Source: Auanema rhodensis
Taxonomy: Eukaryota; Animalia; Nematoda
Length of the DNA: 64,000 bases
Direction of reading: 5' to 3'
Assembly (NCBI GenBank): GCA_964057225.1
Contig: OZ059895.1
Span: 1,240,001 to 1,304,000, forward strand
Shown: one piece after another, positions 9,831 through 24,800 of the stretch
Numbering within the stretch: the first letter of the stretch is position 1
How the letters are laid out: each line of letters opens with the position of its first letter
Position numbers and translations under genes: made by a program
The notes under the pieces: model-generated
Told to the model about the DNA's origin: nothing
Databases searched by the model: none
Seen by the model: only the letters and a program-made list of their open reading frames with translations

Positions 9831-12800
9831 ATGCGGATTTTTAAGCTGCGTCGATCTGTGTTATCAGATTTGCGCTAGCTGAAAAATGCACCGAGATATC
9901 AACTGATATAAGTTCACACTTATATCCTCGATTTTCACCCTGAAGAATTAATTTTTTCGTTGAATAACATTGTCCATCGTCTTTGCCTTGAAAAAAGGAA
10001 TCTAAAAACATCTACTTTTTGCTAAATTATTTTGAAATTTTTCGAAAAAATTTTTGTCAAAATGTTTTTGGAAGCAATGTTGAGTGTACATGGAAACTCA
10101 ACATACACTAATGCATCATTTTTCAAACGATCATAACTAATTTTTGTATTAAGCGTTTCTCAATGTAGTATAGTGCATTCGATGCGGATTTTTAAGCTGC
10201 GTCGTTCTGTGTTATCAGATTTGCGCTAGCTGAAAAATGCACCGAGATATCAACTGATATAAGTTCACACATATATCCTCGATTTTCACCCTGAAGAATT
10301 AATTTTTTCGTTGAATAACATTGTCCATCGTCTTTGCCTTGAAAAAAGGAATCTAAAAACATCTACTTTTTGCTAAATTATTTTGAAATTTTTCGAAAAA
10401 ATTTTTGTCAAAATGTTTTTGGAAGCAATGTTGAGTGTACATGGAAACTCAACATACACTAATGCATCATTTTTCAAACGATCATAATTAATTTTTGTAT
10501 TAAGCGTTTCTCAATTTAGTATAGTGCATTCGATGCGGATTTTTAAGCTGCGTCGATCTGTGTTATCAGATTTGCGCTAGCTTAAAAATGCACCGAGATA
10601 TCAACTGATATAAGTTCACACTTATATCCTCGATTTTCACCCTGAAGAATTAATTTTTTCGTTGAATAACATTGTCCATCGTCTTTGCCTTGAAAAAAGG
10701 AATCTGAAAACATCTACTTTTTGCTAAATTATTTTGAAATTTTTCGAAAAAATTTTTGTCAAAATGTTTTTGGAAGCAATGTTGAGTGTACATGGAAACT
10801 CAACATACACTAATGCATCATTTTTCAAACGATCATAACTAATTTTTGTATTAAGCGTTTCTCGATGTAGTATAGTGCATTCGATGCGGATTTTTAAGCT
10901 GCGTCGTTCTGTGTTATCAGATTTGCGCTAGCTTAAAAATGCACCGAGATATCAACTGATATAAGTTCACACATATATCCTCGATTTTCACCCTGAAGAA
11001 TTAATTTTTTCGTTGAATAACATTGTCCATCGTCTTTGCCTTGAAAAAAAGAATCTAAAAACATCTACTTTTTGCTAAATTATTTTGAAATTTTTCGAAA
11101 AAATTTTTGTCAAAATGTTTTTGGAAGCAATGTTGAGTGTACATGGAAACTCAACATACACTAATGCATCATTTTTCAAACGATCATAACTTATTTTTGT
11201 ATTAAGCGTTTCTCGATGTAGTATAGTGCATTCGATGCGGATTTTCAAGCTGCGTCGTTCTGTGTTATCAGATTTGCGCTAGCTTAAAAATGCACCGAGA
11301 TATCAACTGATATAAGTTCACACATATATCCTCGATTTTCACCCTGAAGAATTAATTTTTTCGTTGAATAACATTGTCCATCGTCTTTGCCTTGAAAAAA
11401 AGAATCTAAAAACATCTACTTTTTGCTAAATTATTTTGAAATTTTTCGAAAAAATTTTTGTCAAAATGTTTTTGGAAGCAATGTTGAGTGTACATGGAAA
11501 CTCAACATACACTAATGCATCATTTTTCAAACGATCATAATTAATTTTTGTATTAAGCGTTTCTCAATGTAGTATAGTGCATTCGATGCGGATTTTTAAG
11601 CTGCGTCGATCTGTGTTATCAGATTTGCGCTAGCTTAAAAATGCACCGAGATATCAACTGATATAAGTTCACACATATATCCTCGATTTTCACCCTGAAG
11701 AATTAATTTTTTCGTTGAATAACATTGTCCATCGTCTTTGCCTTGAAAAAAAGAATCTAAAAACATCTACTTTTTGCTAAATTATTTTGAAATTTTTCGA
11801 AAAAATTTTTGTCAAAATGTTTTTGGAAGCAATGTTGAGTGTACATGGAAACTCAACATACACTAATGCATCATTTTTCAAACGATCATAATTAATTTTT
11901 GTATTAAGCGTTTCTCAATGTAGTATAGTGCATTCGATGCGGATTTTTAAGCTGCGTCGATCTGTGTTATCAGATTTGCGCTAGCTTAAAAATGCACCGA
12001 GATATCAACTGATATAAGTTCACACTTATATCCTCGATTTTCACCCTGAAGAATTAATTTTTTCGTTGAATAACATTGTCCATCGTCTTTGCCTTGAAAA
12101 AAGGAATCTGAAAACATCTACTTTTAGCTAAATTATTTTGAAATTTTTCGAAAAAATTTTTGTCAAAATGTTTTTGGAAGCAATGTTGAGTGTACATGGA
12201 AACTCAACATACACTAATGCATCATTTTTCAAACGATCAGAACTAATTTTTGTATTAAGCGTTTCTCAATTTAGTATAGTGCATTCGATGCGGATTTTTA
12301 AGCTGCGTCGATCTGTGTTATCAGATTTGCGCTAGCTGAAAAATGCACCGAGATATCAACTGATATAAGTTCACACTTATATCCTCGATTTTCACCCTGA
12401 AGAATTAATTTTTTCGTTGAATAACATTGTCCATCGTCTTTGCCTTGAAAAAAGGAATCTAAAAACATCTACTTTTTGCTAAATTATTTTGAAATTTTTC
12501 GAAAAAATTTTTGTCAAAATGTTTTTGGAAGCAATGTTGAGTGTACATGGAAACTCAACATACACTAATGCATCATTTTTCAAACGATCATAACTAATTT
12601 TTGTATTAAGCGTTTCTCAATGTAGTATAGTGCATTCGATGCGGATTTTTAAGCTGCGTCGATCTGTGTTATCAGATTTGCGCTAGCTTAAAAATGCACC
12701 GAGATATCAACTGATATAAGTTCACACTTCTATCCTCGATTTTCACCCTGAAGAATTAATTTTTTCGTTGAATAACATTGTCCATCGTCTTTGCCTTGAA

Positions 12801-15800
12801 AAAAGGAATCTGAAAACATCTACTTTTAGCTAAATTATTTTGAAATTTTTCGAAAAAATTTTTGTCAAAATGTTTTTGGAAGCAATGTTGAGTGTACATG
12901 GAAACTCAACATACACTAATGCATCATTTTTCAAACGATCAGAACTAATTTTTGTATTAAGCGTTTCTCAATTTAGTATAGTGCATTCGATGCGGATTTT
13001 TAAGCTGCGTCGATCTGTGTTATCAGATTTGCGCTAGCTGAAAAATGCACCGAGATATCAACTGATATAAGTTCACACTTATATCCTCGATTTTCACCCT
13101 GAAGAATTAATTTTTTCGTTGAATAACATTGTCCATCGTCTTTACCTTGAAAAAAGGAATCTAAAAACATCTACTTTTTGCTAAATTATTTTGAAATTTT
13201 TCGAAAAAATTTTTGTCAAAATGTTTTTGGAAGCAATGTTGAGTGTACATGGAAACTCAACATACACTAATGCATCATTTTTCAAACGATCATAACTAAT
13301 TTTTGTATTAAGCGTTTCTCAATGTAGTATAGTGCATTCGATGCGGATTTTTAAGCTGCGTCGATCTGTGTTATCAGATTTGCGCTAGCTTAAAAATGCA
13401 CCGAGATATCAACTGATATAAGTTCACACTTATATCCTCGATTTTCACCCTGAAGAATTAATTTTTTCGTTGAATAACATTGTCCATCGTCTTTGCCTTG
13501 AAAAAAGGAATCTAAAAACATCTACTTTTTGCTAAATTATTTTGAAATTTTTCGAAAAAATTTTTGTCAAAATGTTTTTGGAAGCAATGTTGAGTGTACA
13601 TGGAAACTCAACATACACTAATGCATCATTTTTCAAACGATCATAATTAATTTTTGTATTAAGCGTTTCTCAATTTAGTATAGTGCATTCGATGCGGATT
13701 TTTAAGCTGCGTCGATCTGTGTTATCAGATTTGCGCTAGCTTAAAAATGCACCGAGATATCAACTGATATAAGTTCACACTTATATCCTCGATTTTCACC
13801 CTGAAGAATTAATTTTTTCGTTGAATAACATTGTCCATCGTCTTTGCCTTGAAAAAAAGAATCTAAAAACATCTACTTTTTGCTAAATTATTTTGAAATT
13901 TTTCGAAAAAATTTTTGTCAAAATGTTTTTGGAAGCAATGTTGAGTGTACATGGAAACTCAACATACACTAATGCATCATTTTTCAAACGATCATAACTA
14001 TTTTTTGTATTAAGCGTTTCTCAATGTAGTATAGTGCATTCGATGCGGATTTTTAAGCTGCGTCGATCTGTGTTATCAGATTTGCGCTAGCTTAAAAATG
14101 CACCGAGATATCAACTGATATAAGTTCACACTTATATCCTCGATTTTCACCCTGAAGAATTAATTTTTTCGTTGAATAACATTGTCCATCGTCTTTGCCT
14201 TGAAAAAAGGAATCTAAAAACATCTACTTTTTGCTAAATTATTTTGAAATTTTTCGAAAAAATTTTTGTCAAAATGTTTTTGGAAGCAATGTTGAGTGTA
14301 CATGGAAACTCAACATACACTAATGCATCATTTTTCAAACGATCATAATTAATTTTTGTATTAAGCGTTTCTCAATTTAGTATAGTGCATTCGATGCGGA
14401 TTTTTAAGCTGCGTCGATCTGTGTTATCAGATTTGCGCTAGCTTAAAAATGCACCGAGATATCAACTGATATAAGTTCACACTTATATCCTCGATTTTCA
14501 CCCTGAAGAATTAATTTTTTCGTTGAATAACATTGTCCATCGTCTTTGCCTTGAAAAAAAGAATCTAAAAACATCTACTTTTTGCTAAATTATTTTGAAA
14601 TTTTTCGAAAAAATTTTTGTCAAAATGTTTTTGGAAGCAATGTTGAGTGTACATGGAAACTCAACATACACTAATGCATCATTTTTCAAACGATCATAAC
14701 TATTTTTTGTATTAAGCGTTTCTCAATGTAGTATAGTGCATTCGATGCGGATTTTTAAGCTGCGTCGATCTGTGTTATCAGATTTGCGCTAGCTTAAAAA
14801 TGCACCGAGATATCAACTGATATAAGTTCACACTTATATCCTCGATTTTCACCCTGAAGAATTAATTTTTTCGTTGAATAACATTGTCCATCGTCTTTGC
14901 CTTGAAAAAAGGAATCTGAAAACATCTACTTTTTGCTAAATTATTTTGAAATTTTTCGAAAAAATTTTTGTCAAAATGTTTTTGGAAGCAATGTTGAGTG
15001 TACATGGAAACTCAACATACACTAATGCATCATTTTTCAAACGATCAGAACTAATTTTTGTATTAAGCGTTTCTCAATTTAGTATAGTGCATTCGATGCG
15101 GATTTTTAAGCTGCGTCGATCTGTGTTATCAGATTTGCGCTAGCTGAAAAATGCACCGAGATATCAACTGATATAAGTTCACACTTATATCCTCGATTTT
15201 CACCCTGAAGAATTAATTTTTTTGTTGAATAACATTGTCCATCGTCTTTGCCTTGAAAAAAGGAATCTAAAATCATCTACTTTTTGCTAAATTATCTTGA
15301 AATTTTTCGAAAAAATTTTTGTCAAAATGTTTTTGGAAGCAATGTTGAGTGTACATGGAAACTCAACATACACTAATGCATCATTTTTCAAACGATCAGA
15401 ACTAATTTTTGTATTGAGCGTTTCTCAATTTAGTATAGTGCATTCGATGCGGATTTGTAAGCTGCGTCGATCTGTGTTATCAGATTTGCGCTAGCTTAAA
15501 AATGCACCGAGATATCAACTGATATAAGTTCACACTTATATCCTCGATTTTCACCCTGAAGAATTAATTTTTTCGTTGAATAACATTGTCCATCGTCTTT
15601 GCCTTGAAAAAAGGAAACTGAAAACATCTACTTTTTGCTAAATTATTTTGAAATTTTTCGAAAAAATTTTTGTCAAAATGTTTTTGGAAGCAATGTTGAG
15701 TGTACATGGAAACTCAACATACACTAATGCATCATTTTTCAAACGATCAGAACTAATTTTTGTATTAAGCGTTTCTCAATTTAGTATAGTGCATTCGATG

Positions 15801-18800
15801 CGGATTTTTAAGCTGCGTCGATCTGTGTTATCAGATTTGCGCTAGCTTAAAAATGCACCGAGATATCAACTGATATAAGTTCACACTTATATCCTCGATT
15901 TTCACCCTGAAGAATTAATTTTTTCGTTGAATAACATTGTCCATCGTCTTTGCCTTGAAAAAAGGAATCTAAAAACATCTACTTTTTGCTAAATTATTTT
16001 GAAATTTTTCGAAAAAATTTTTGTCAAAATGTTTTTGGAAGCAATGTTGAGTGTACATGGAAACTCAACATACACTAATGCATCATTTTTCAAACGATCA
16101 TAACTAATTTTTGTATTAAGCGTTTCTCAATGTAATATAGTGCATTCGATGCGGATTTTTAAGCTGCGTCGTTCTGTGTTATCAGATTTGCGCTAGCTGA
16201 AAAATGCACCGAGATATCAACTGATATAAGTTCACACATATATCCTCGATTTTCACCCTGAAGAATTAATTTTTTCGTTGAATAACATTGTCCATCGTCT
16301 TTGCCTTGAAAAAAGGAATCTGAAAACATCTACTTTTTGCTAAATTATTTTGAAATTTTTCGAAAAAATTTTTGTCAAAATGTTTTTGGAAGCAATGTTG
16401 AGTGTACATGGAAACTCAACATACACTAATGCATCATTTTTCAAACGATCATAATTAATTTTTGTATTAAGCGTTTCTCAATTTAGTATAGTGCATTCGA
16501 TGCGGATTTTTAAGCTGCGTCGATCTGTGTTATCAGATTTGCGCTAGCTTAAAAATGCACCGAGATATCAACTGATATAAGTTCACACTTATATCCTCGA
16601 TTTTCACCCTGAAGAATTAATTTTTTCGTTGAATAACATTGTCCATCGTCTTTGCCTTGAAAAAAGGAATCTGAAAACATCTACTTTTTGCTAAATTATT
16701 TTGAAATTTTTCGAAAAAATTTTTGTCAAAATGTTTTTGGAAGCAATGTTGAGTGTACATGGAAACTCAACATACACTAATGCATCATTTTTCAAACGAT
16801 CATAACTAATTTTTGTATTAAGCGTTTCTCAATTTAGTATAGTGCATTCGATGCGGATTTTTAAGCTGCGTCGATCTGTGTTATCAGATTTGCGCTAGCT
16901 GAAAAATGCACCGAGATATCAACTGATATAAGTTCACACTTATATCCTCTATTTTCACCCTGAAGAATTAATTTTTTCGTTGAATAACATTGTCCATCGT
17001 CTTTGCCTTGAAAAAAGGAATCTAAAAACATCTACTTTTTGCTAAATTATTTTGAAATTTTTCGAAAAAATTTTTGTCAAAATGTTTTTGGAAGCAATGT
17101 TGAGTGTACATGGAAACTCAACATACACTAATGCATCATTTTTCAAACGATCAGAACTAATTTTTGTATTAAGCGTTTCTCAATTTAGTATAGTGCATTC
17201 GATGCGGATTTTTAAGCTGCGTCGATCTGTGTTATCAGATTTGCGCTAGCTGAAAAATGCACCGAGATATCAACTGATATAAGTTCACACTTATATCCTC
17301 GATTTTCACCCTGAAGAATTAATTTTTTCGTTGAATAACATTGTCCATCGTCTTTGCCTTGAAAAAAGGAATCTAAAAACATCTACTTTTTGCTAAATTA
17401 TTTTGAAATTTTTCGAAAAAATTTTTGTCAAAATGTTTTTGGAAGCAATGTTGAGTGTACATGGAAACTCAACATACACTAATGCATCATTTTTCAAACG
17501 ATCATAACTAATTTTTGTATTAAGCGTTTCTCAATGTAGTATAGTGCATTCGATGCGGATTTTTAAGCTGCGTCGATCTGTGTTATCAGATTTGCGCTAG
17601 CTTAAAAATGCACCGAGATATCAACTGATATAAGTTCACACTTATATCCTTGATTTTCACCCTGAAGAATTAATTTTTTCGTTGAATAACATTGTCCATC
17701 GTCTTTGCCTTGAAAAAAGGAATCTAAAAACATCTACTTTTTGCTAAATTATTTTGAAAATTTTCGAAAAAATTTTTGTCAAAATGTTTTTGGAAGCAAT
17801 GTTGAGTGTACATGGAAACTCAACATACACTAATGCATCATTTTTCAAACGATCATAATTAATTTTTGTATTAAGCGTTTCTCAATTTAGTATAGTGCAT
17901 TCGATGCGGATTTTTAAGCTGCGTCGATCTGTGTTATCAGATTTGCGCTAGCTTAAAAATGCACCGAGATATCAACTGATATAAGTTCACACTTATATCC
18001 TCGATTTTCACCCTGAAGAATTAATTTTTTCGTTGAATAACATTGTCCATCGTCTTTGCCTTGAAAAAAGGAATCTAAAAACATCTACTTTTTGCTAAAT
18101 TATTTTGAAATTTTTCGAAAAAATTTTTGTCAAAATGTTTTTGGAAGCAATGTTGAGTGTACATGGAAACTCAACATACACTAATGCATCATTTTTCAAA
18201 CGATCATAATTAATTTTTGTATTAAGCGTTTCTCAATTTAGTATAGTGCATTCGATGCGGATTTTTAAGCTGCGTCGATCTGTGTTATCAGATTTGCGCT
18301 AGCTTAAAAATGCACCGAGATATCAACTGATATAAGTTCACACTTATATCCTCGATTTTCACCCTGAAGAATTAATTTTTTCGTTGAATAACATTGTCCA
18401 TCGTCTTTGCCTTGAAAAAAGGAATCTGAAAACATCTACTTTTTGCTAAATTATTTTGAAATTTTTCGAAAAAATTTTTGTCAAAATGTTTTTGGAAGCA
18501 ATGTTGAGTGTACATGGAAACTCAACATACACTAATGCATCATTTTTCAAACGATCATAACTAATTTTTGTATTAAGCGTTTCTCAATTTAGTATAGTGC
18601 ATTCGATGCGGATTTTTAAGCTGCGTCGATCTGTGTTATCAGATTTGCGCTAGCTGAAAAATGCACCGAGATATCAACTGATATAAGTTCACACTTATAT
18701 CCTCTATTTTCACCCTGAAGAATTAATTTTTTCGTTGAATAACATTGTCCATCGTCTTTGCTTTGAAAAAAGGAATCTAAAAACATCTACTTTTTGCTAA

Positions 18801-21800
18801 ATTATTTTGAAATTTTTCGAAAAAATTTTTGTCAAAATGTTTTTGGAAGCAATGTTGAGTGTACATGGAAACTCAACATACACTAATGCATCATTTTTCA
18901 AACGATCAGAACTAATTTTTGTATTAAGCGTTTCTCAATTTAGTATAGTGCATTCGATGCGGATTTTTAAGCTGCGTCGATCTGTGTTATCAGATTTGCG
19001 CTAGCTGAAAAATGCACCGAGATATCAACTGATATAAGTTCACACTTATATCCTCGATTTTCACTCTGAAGAATTAATTTTTTCGTTGAATAACATTGTC
19101 CATCGTCTTTGCCTTGAAAAAAGGAATCTAAAAACATCTACTTTTTGCTAAATTATTTTGAAATTTTTCGAAAAAATTTTTGTCAAAATGTTTTTGGAAG
19201 CAATGTTGAGTGTACATGGAAACTCAACATACACTAATGCATCATTTTTCAAACGATCATAACTAATTTTTGTATTAAGCGTTTCTCGATGTAGTATAGT
19301 GCATTCGATGCGGATTTTTAAGCTGCGTCGTTCTGTGTTATCAGATTTGCGCTAGCTTAAAAATGCACCGAGATATCAACTGATATAAGTTCACACTTAT
19401 ATCCTTGATTTTCACCCTGAAGAATTAATTTTTTCGTTGAATAACATTGTCCATCGTCTTTGCCTTGAAAAAAGGAATCTAAAAACATCCACTTTTTGCT
19501 AAATTATTTTGAAAATTTTCGAAAAAATTTTTGTCAAAATGTTTTTGGAAGCAATGTTGAGTGTACATGGAAACTCAACATACACTAATGCATCATTTTT
19601 CAAACGATCATAATTAATTTTTGTATTAAGCGTTTCTCAATTTAGTATAGTGCATTCGATGCGGATTTTTAAGCTGCGTCGATCTGTGTTATCAGATTTG
19701 CGCTAGCTTAAAAATGCACCGAGATATCAACTGATATAAGTTCACACTTATATCCTCGATTTTCACCCTGAAGAATTAATTTTTTCGTTGAATAACAATG
19801 TCCATCGTCTTTGCCTTGAAAAAAAGAATCTAAAAACATCTACTTTTTGCTAAATTATTTTGAAATTTTTCGAAAAAATTTTTGTCAAAATGTTTTTGGA
19901 AGCAATGTTGAGTGTACATGGAAACTCAACATACACTAATGCATCATTTTTCAAACGATCACAACTAATTTTTGTATTGAGCGTTTCTCAATGTAGTATA
20001 GTGCATTCGATGCGGATTTTTAAGCTGCGTCGATCTGTGTTATCAGATTTGCGCTAGCTTAAAAATGCACCGAGATATCAACTGATATAAGTTCACACTT
20101 ATATCCTCGATTTTCACCCTGAAGAATTAATTTTTTCGTTGAATAACATTGTCCATCGTCTTTGCCTTGAAAAAAGGAATCTGAAAACATCTACTTTTTG
20201 CTAAATTATTTTGAAATTTTTCGAAAAAATTTTTGTCAAAATGTTTTTGGAAGCAATGTTGAGTGTACATGGAAACTCAACATACACTAATGCATCATTT
20301 TTCAAACGATCAGAACTAATTTTTGTATTAAGCGTTTCTCAATTTAGTATAGTGCATTCGATGCGGATTTTTAAGCTGCGTCGATCTGTGTTATCAGATT
20401 TGCGCTAGCTGAAAAATGCACCGAGATATCAACTGATATAAGTTCACACTTATATCCTCGATTTTCACCCTGAAGAATTAATTTTTTTGTTGAATAACAT
20501 TGTCCATCGTCTTTGCCTTGAAAAAAGGAATCTAAAATCATCTACTTTTTGCTAAATTATCTTGAAATTTTTCGAAAAAATTTTTGTCAAAATGTTTTTG
20601 GAAGCAATGTTGAGTGTACATGGAAACTCAACATACACTAATGCATCATTTTTCAAACGATCATAATTAATTTTTGTATTAAGCGTTTCTCAATGTAGTA
20701 TAGTGCATTCGATGCGGATTTTTAAGCTGCGTCGATCTGTGTTATCAGATTTGCGCTAGCTTAAAAATGCACCGAGATATCAACTGATATAAGTTCACAC
20801 TTATATCCTCGATTTTCACCCTGAAGAATTAATTTTTTCGTTGAATAACATTGTCCATCGTCTTTGCCTTGAAAAAAAGAATCTAAAAACATCTACTTTT
20901 TGCTAAATTATTTTGAAATTTTTCGAAAAAATTTTTGTCAAAATGTTTTTGGAAGCAATGTTGAGTGTACATGGAAACTCAACATACACTAATGCATCAT
21001 TTTTCAAACGATCAGAACTAATTTTTGTATTAAGCGTTTCTCAATTTAGTATAGTGCATTCGATGCGGATTTTTAAGCTGCGTCGATCTGTGTTATCAGA
21101 TTTGCGCTAGCTGAAAAATGCACCGAGATATCAACTGATATAAGTTCACACTTATATCCTCGATTTTCACTCTGAAGAATTAATTTTTTCGTTGAATAAC
21201 ATTGTCCATCGTCTTTGCCTTGAAAAAAGGAATCTAAAAACATCTACTTTTTGCTAAATTATTTTGAAATTTTTCGAAAAAATTTTTGTCAAAATGTTTT
21301 TGGAAGCAATGTTGAGTGTACATGGAAACTCAACATACACTAATGCATCATTTTTCAAACGATCATAACTAATTTTTGTATTAAGCGTTTCTCGATGTAG
21401 TATAGTGCATTCGATGCGGATTTTTAAGCTGCGTCGTTCTGTGTTATCAGATTTGCGCTAGCTTAAAAATGCACCGAGATATCAACTGATATAAGTTCAC
21501 ACTTATATCCTTGATTTTCACCCTGAAGAATTAATTTTTTCGTTGAATAACATTGTCCATCGTCTTTGCCTTGAAAAAAGGAATCTAAAAACATCCACTT
21601 TTTGCTAAATTATTTTGAAAATTTTCGAAAAAATTTTTGTCAAAATGTTTTTGGAAGCAATGTTGAGTGTACATGGAAACTCAACATACACTAATGCATC
21701 ATTTTTCAAACGATCATAATTAATTTTTGTATTAAGCGTTTCTCAATTTAGTATAGTGCATTCGATGCGGATTTTTAAGCTGCGTCGATCTGTGTTATCA

Positions 21801-24800
21801 GATTTGCGCTAGCTTAAAAATGCACCGAGATATCAACTGATATAAGTTCACACTTATATCCTCGATTTTCACCCTGAAGAATTAATTTTTTCGTTGAATA
21901 ACAATGTCCATCGTCTTTGCCTTGAAAAAAAGAATCTAAAAACATCTACTTTTTGCTAAATTATTTTGAAATTTTTCGAAAAAATTTTTGTCAAAATGTT
22001 TTTGGAAGCAATGTTGAGTGTACATGGAAACTCAACATACACTAATGCATCATTTTTCAAACGATCATAATTAATTTTTGTATTAAGCGTTTCTCAATGT
22101 AGTATAGTGCATTCGATGCGGATTTTTAAGCTGCGTCGATCTGTGTTATCAGATTTGCGCTAGCTTAAAAATGCACCGAGATATCAACTGATATAAGTTC
22201 ACACTTATATCCTCGATTTTCACCCTGAAGAATTAATTTTTTCGTTGAATAACATTGTCCATCGTCTTTGCCTTGAAAAAAAGAATCTAAAAACATCTAC
22301 TTTTTGCTAAATTATTTTGAAATTTTTCGAAAAAATTTTTGTCAAAATGTTTTTGGAAGCAATGTTGAGTGTACATGGAAACTCAACATACACTAATGCA
22401 TCATTTTTCAAACGATCAGAACTAATTTTTGTATTAAGCGTTTCTCAATTTAGTATAGTGCATTCGATGCGGATTTTTAAGCTGCGTCGATCTGTGTTAT
22501 CAGATTTGCGCTAGCTGAAAAATGCACCGAGATATCAACTGATATAAGTTCACACTTATATCCTCGATTTTCACTCTGAAGAATTAATTTTTTCGTTGAA
22601 TAACATTGTCCATCGTCTTTGCCTTGAAAAAAGGAATCTAAAAACATCTACTTTTTGCTAAATTATTTTGAAATTTTTCGAAAAAATTTTTGTCAAAATG
22701 TTTTTGGAAGCAATGTTGAGTGTACATGGAAACTCAACATACACTAATGCATCATTTTTCAAACGATCATAACTAATTTTTGTATTAAGCGTTTCTCGAT
22801 GTAGTATAGTGCATTCGATGCGGATTTTTAAGCTGCGTCGTTCTGTGTTATCAGATTTGCGCTAGCTTAAAAATGCACCGAGATATCAACTGATATAAGT
22901 TCACACTTATATCCTTGATTTTCACCCTGAAGAATTAATTTTTTCGTTGAATAACATTGTCCATCGTCTTTGCCTTGAAAAAAGGAATCTAAAAACATCC
23001 ACTTTTTGCTAAATTATTTTGAAAATTTTCGAAAAAATTTTTGTCAAAATGTTTTTGGAAGCAATGTTGAGTGTACATGGAAACTCAACATACACTAATG
23101 CATCATTTTTCAAACGATCATAATTAATTTTTGTATTAAGCGTTTCTCAATTTAGTATAGTGCATTCGATGCGGATTTTTAAGCTGCGTCGATCTGTGTT
23201 ATCAGATTTGCGCTAGCTTAAAAATGCACCGAGATATCAACTGATATAAGTTCACACTTATATCCTCGATTTTCACCCTGAAGAATTAATTTTTTCGTTG
23301 AATAACAATGTCCATCGTCTTTGCCTTGAAAAAAAGAATCTAAAAACATCTACTTTTTGCTAAATTATTTTGAAATTTTTCGAAAAAATTTTTGTCAAAA
23401 TGTTTTTGGAAGCAATGTTGAGTGTACATGGAAACTCAACATACACTAATGCATCATTTTTCAAACGATCACAACTAATTTTTGTATTGAGCGTTTCTCA
23501 ATGTAGTATAGTGCATTCGATGCGGATTTTTAAGCTGCGTCGATCTGTGTTATCAGATTTGCGCTAGCTTAAAAATGCACCGAGATATCAACTGATATAA
23601 GTTCACACTTATATCCTCGATTTTCACCCTGAAGAATTAATTTTTTCGTTGAATAACATTGTCCATCGTCTTTGCCTTGAAAAAAGGAATCTGAAAACAT
23701 CTACTTTTTGCTAAATTATTTTGAAATTTTTCGAAAAAATTTTTGTCAAAATGTTTTTGGAAGCAATGTTGAGTGTACATGGAAACTCAACATACACTAA
23801 TGCATCATTTTTCAAACGATCAGAACTAATTTTTGTATTAAGCGTTTCTCAATTTAGTATAGTGCATTCGATGCGGATTTTTAAGCTGCGTCGATCTGTG
23901 TTATCAGATTTGCGCTAGCTGAAAAATGCACCGAGATATCAACTGATATAAGTTCACACTTATATCCTCGATTTTCACCCTGAAGAATTAATTTTTTTGT
24001 TGAATAACATTGTCCATCGTCTTTGCCTTGAAAAAAGGAATCTAAAATCATCTACTTTTTGCTAAATTATCTTGAAATTTTTCGAAAAAATTTTTGTCAA
24101 AATGTTTTTGGAAGCAATGTTGAGTGTACATGGAAACTCAACATACACTAATGCATCATTTTTCAAACGATCATAATTAATTTTTGTATTAAGCGTTTCT
24201 CAATGTAGTATAGTGCATTCGATGCGGATTTTTAAGCTGCGTCGATCTGTGTTATCAGATTTGCGCTAGCTTAAAAATGCACCGAGATATCAACTGATAT
24301 AAGTTCACACTTATATCCTCGATTTTCACCCTGAAGAATTAATTTTTTCGTTGAATAACATTGTCCATCGTCTTTGCCTTGAAAAAAAGAATCTAAAAAC
24401 ATCTACTTTTTGCTAAATTATTTTGAAATTTTTCGAAAAAATTTTTGTCAAAATGTTTTTGGAAGCAATGTTGAGTGTACATGGAAACTCAACATACACT
24501 AATGCATCATTTTTCAAACGATCATAATTAATTTTTGTATTAAGCGTTTCTCAATGTAGTATAGTGCATTCGATGCGGATTTTTAAGCTGCGTCGATCTG
24601 TGTTATCAGATTTGCGCTAGCTTAAAAATGCACCGAGATATCAACTGATATAAGTTCACACTTATATCCTCGATTTTCACCCTGAAGAATTGATTTTTTC
24701 GTTGAAAAACATTGTCCATCGTCTTTGCCTTAAAAAAAGGAATCTAAAAACATCTACTTTTTGCTAAATTATCTTGAAATTTTTCGAAAAAATTTTTGGA

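Noticed and set aside
5954-9938. 108-bp target-site duplication around the inverted block (monomer positions 298-54 occur on both sides)
   Set aside because: Expected trivially in a tandem array, and the two copies differ (GCTTAAAAA on the left vs GCTGAAAAA on the right).
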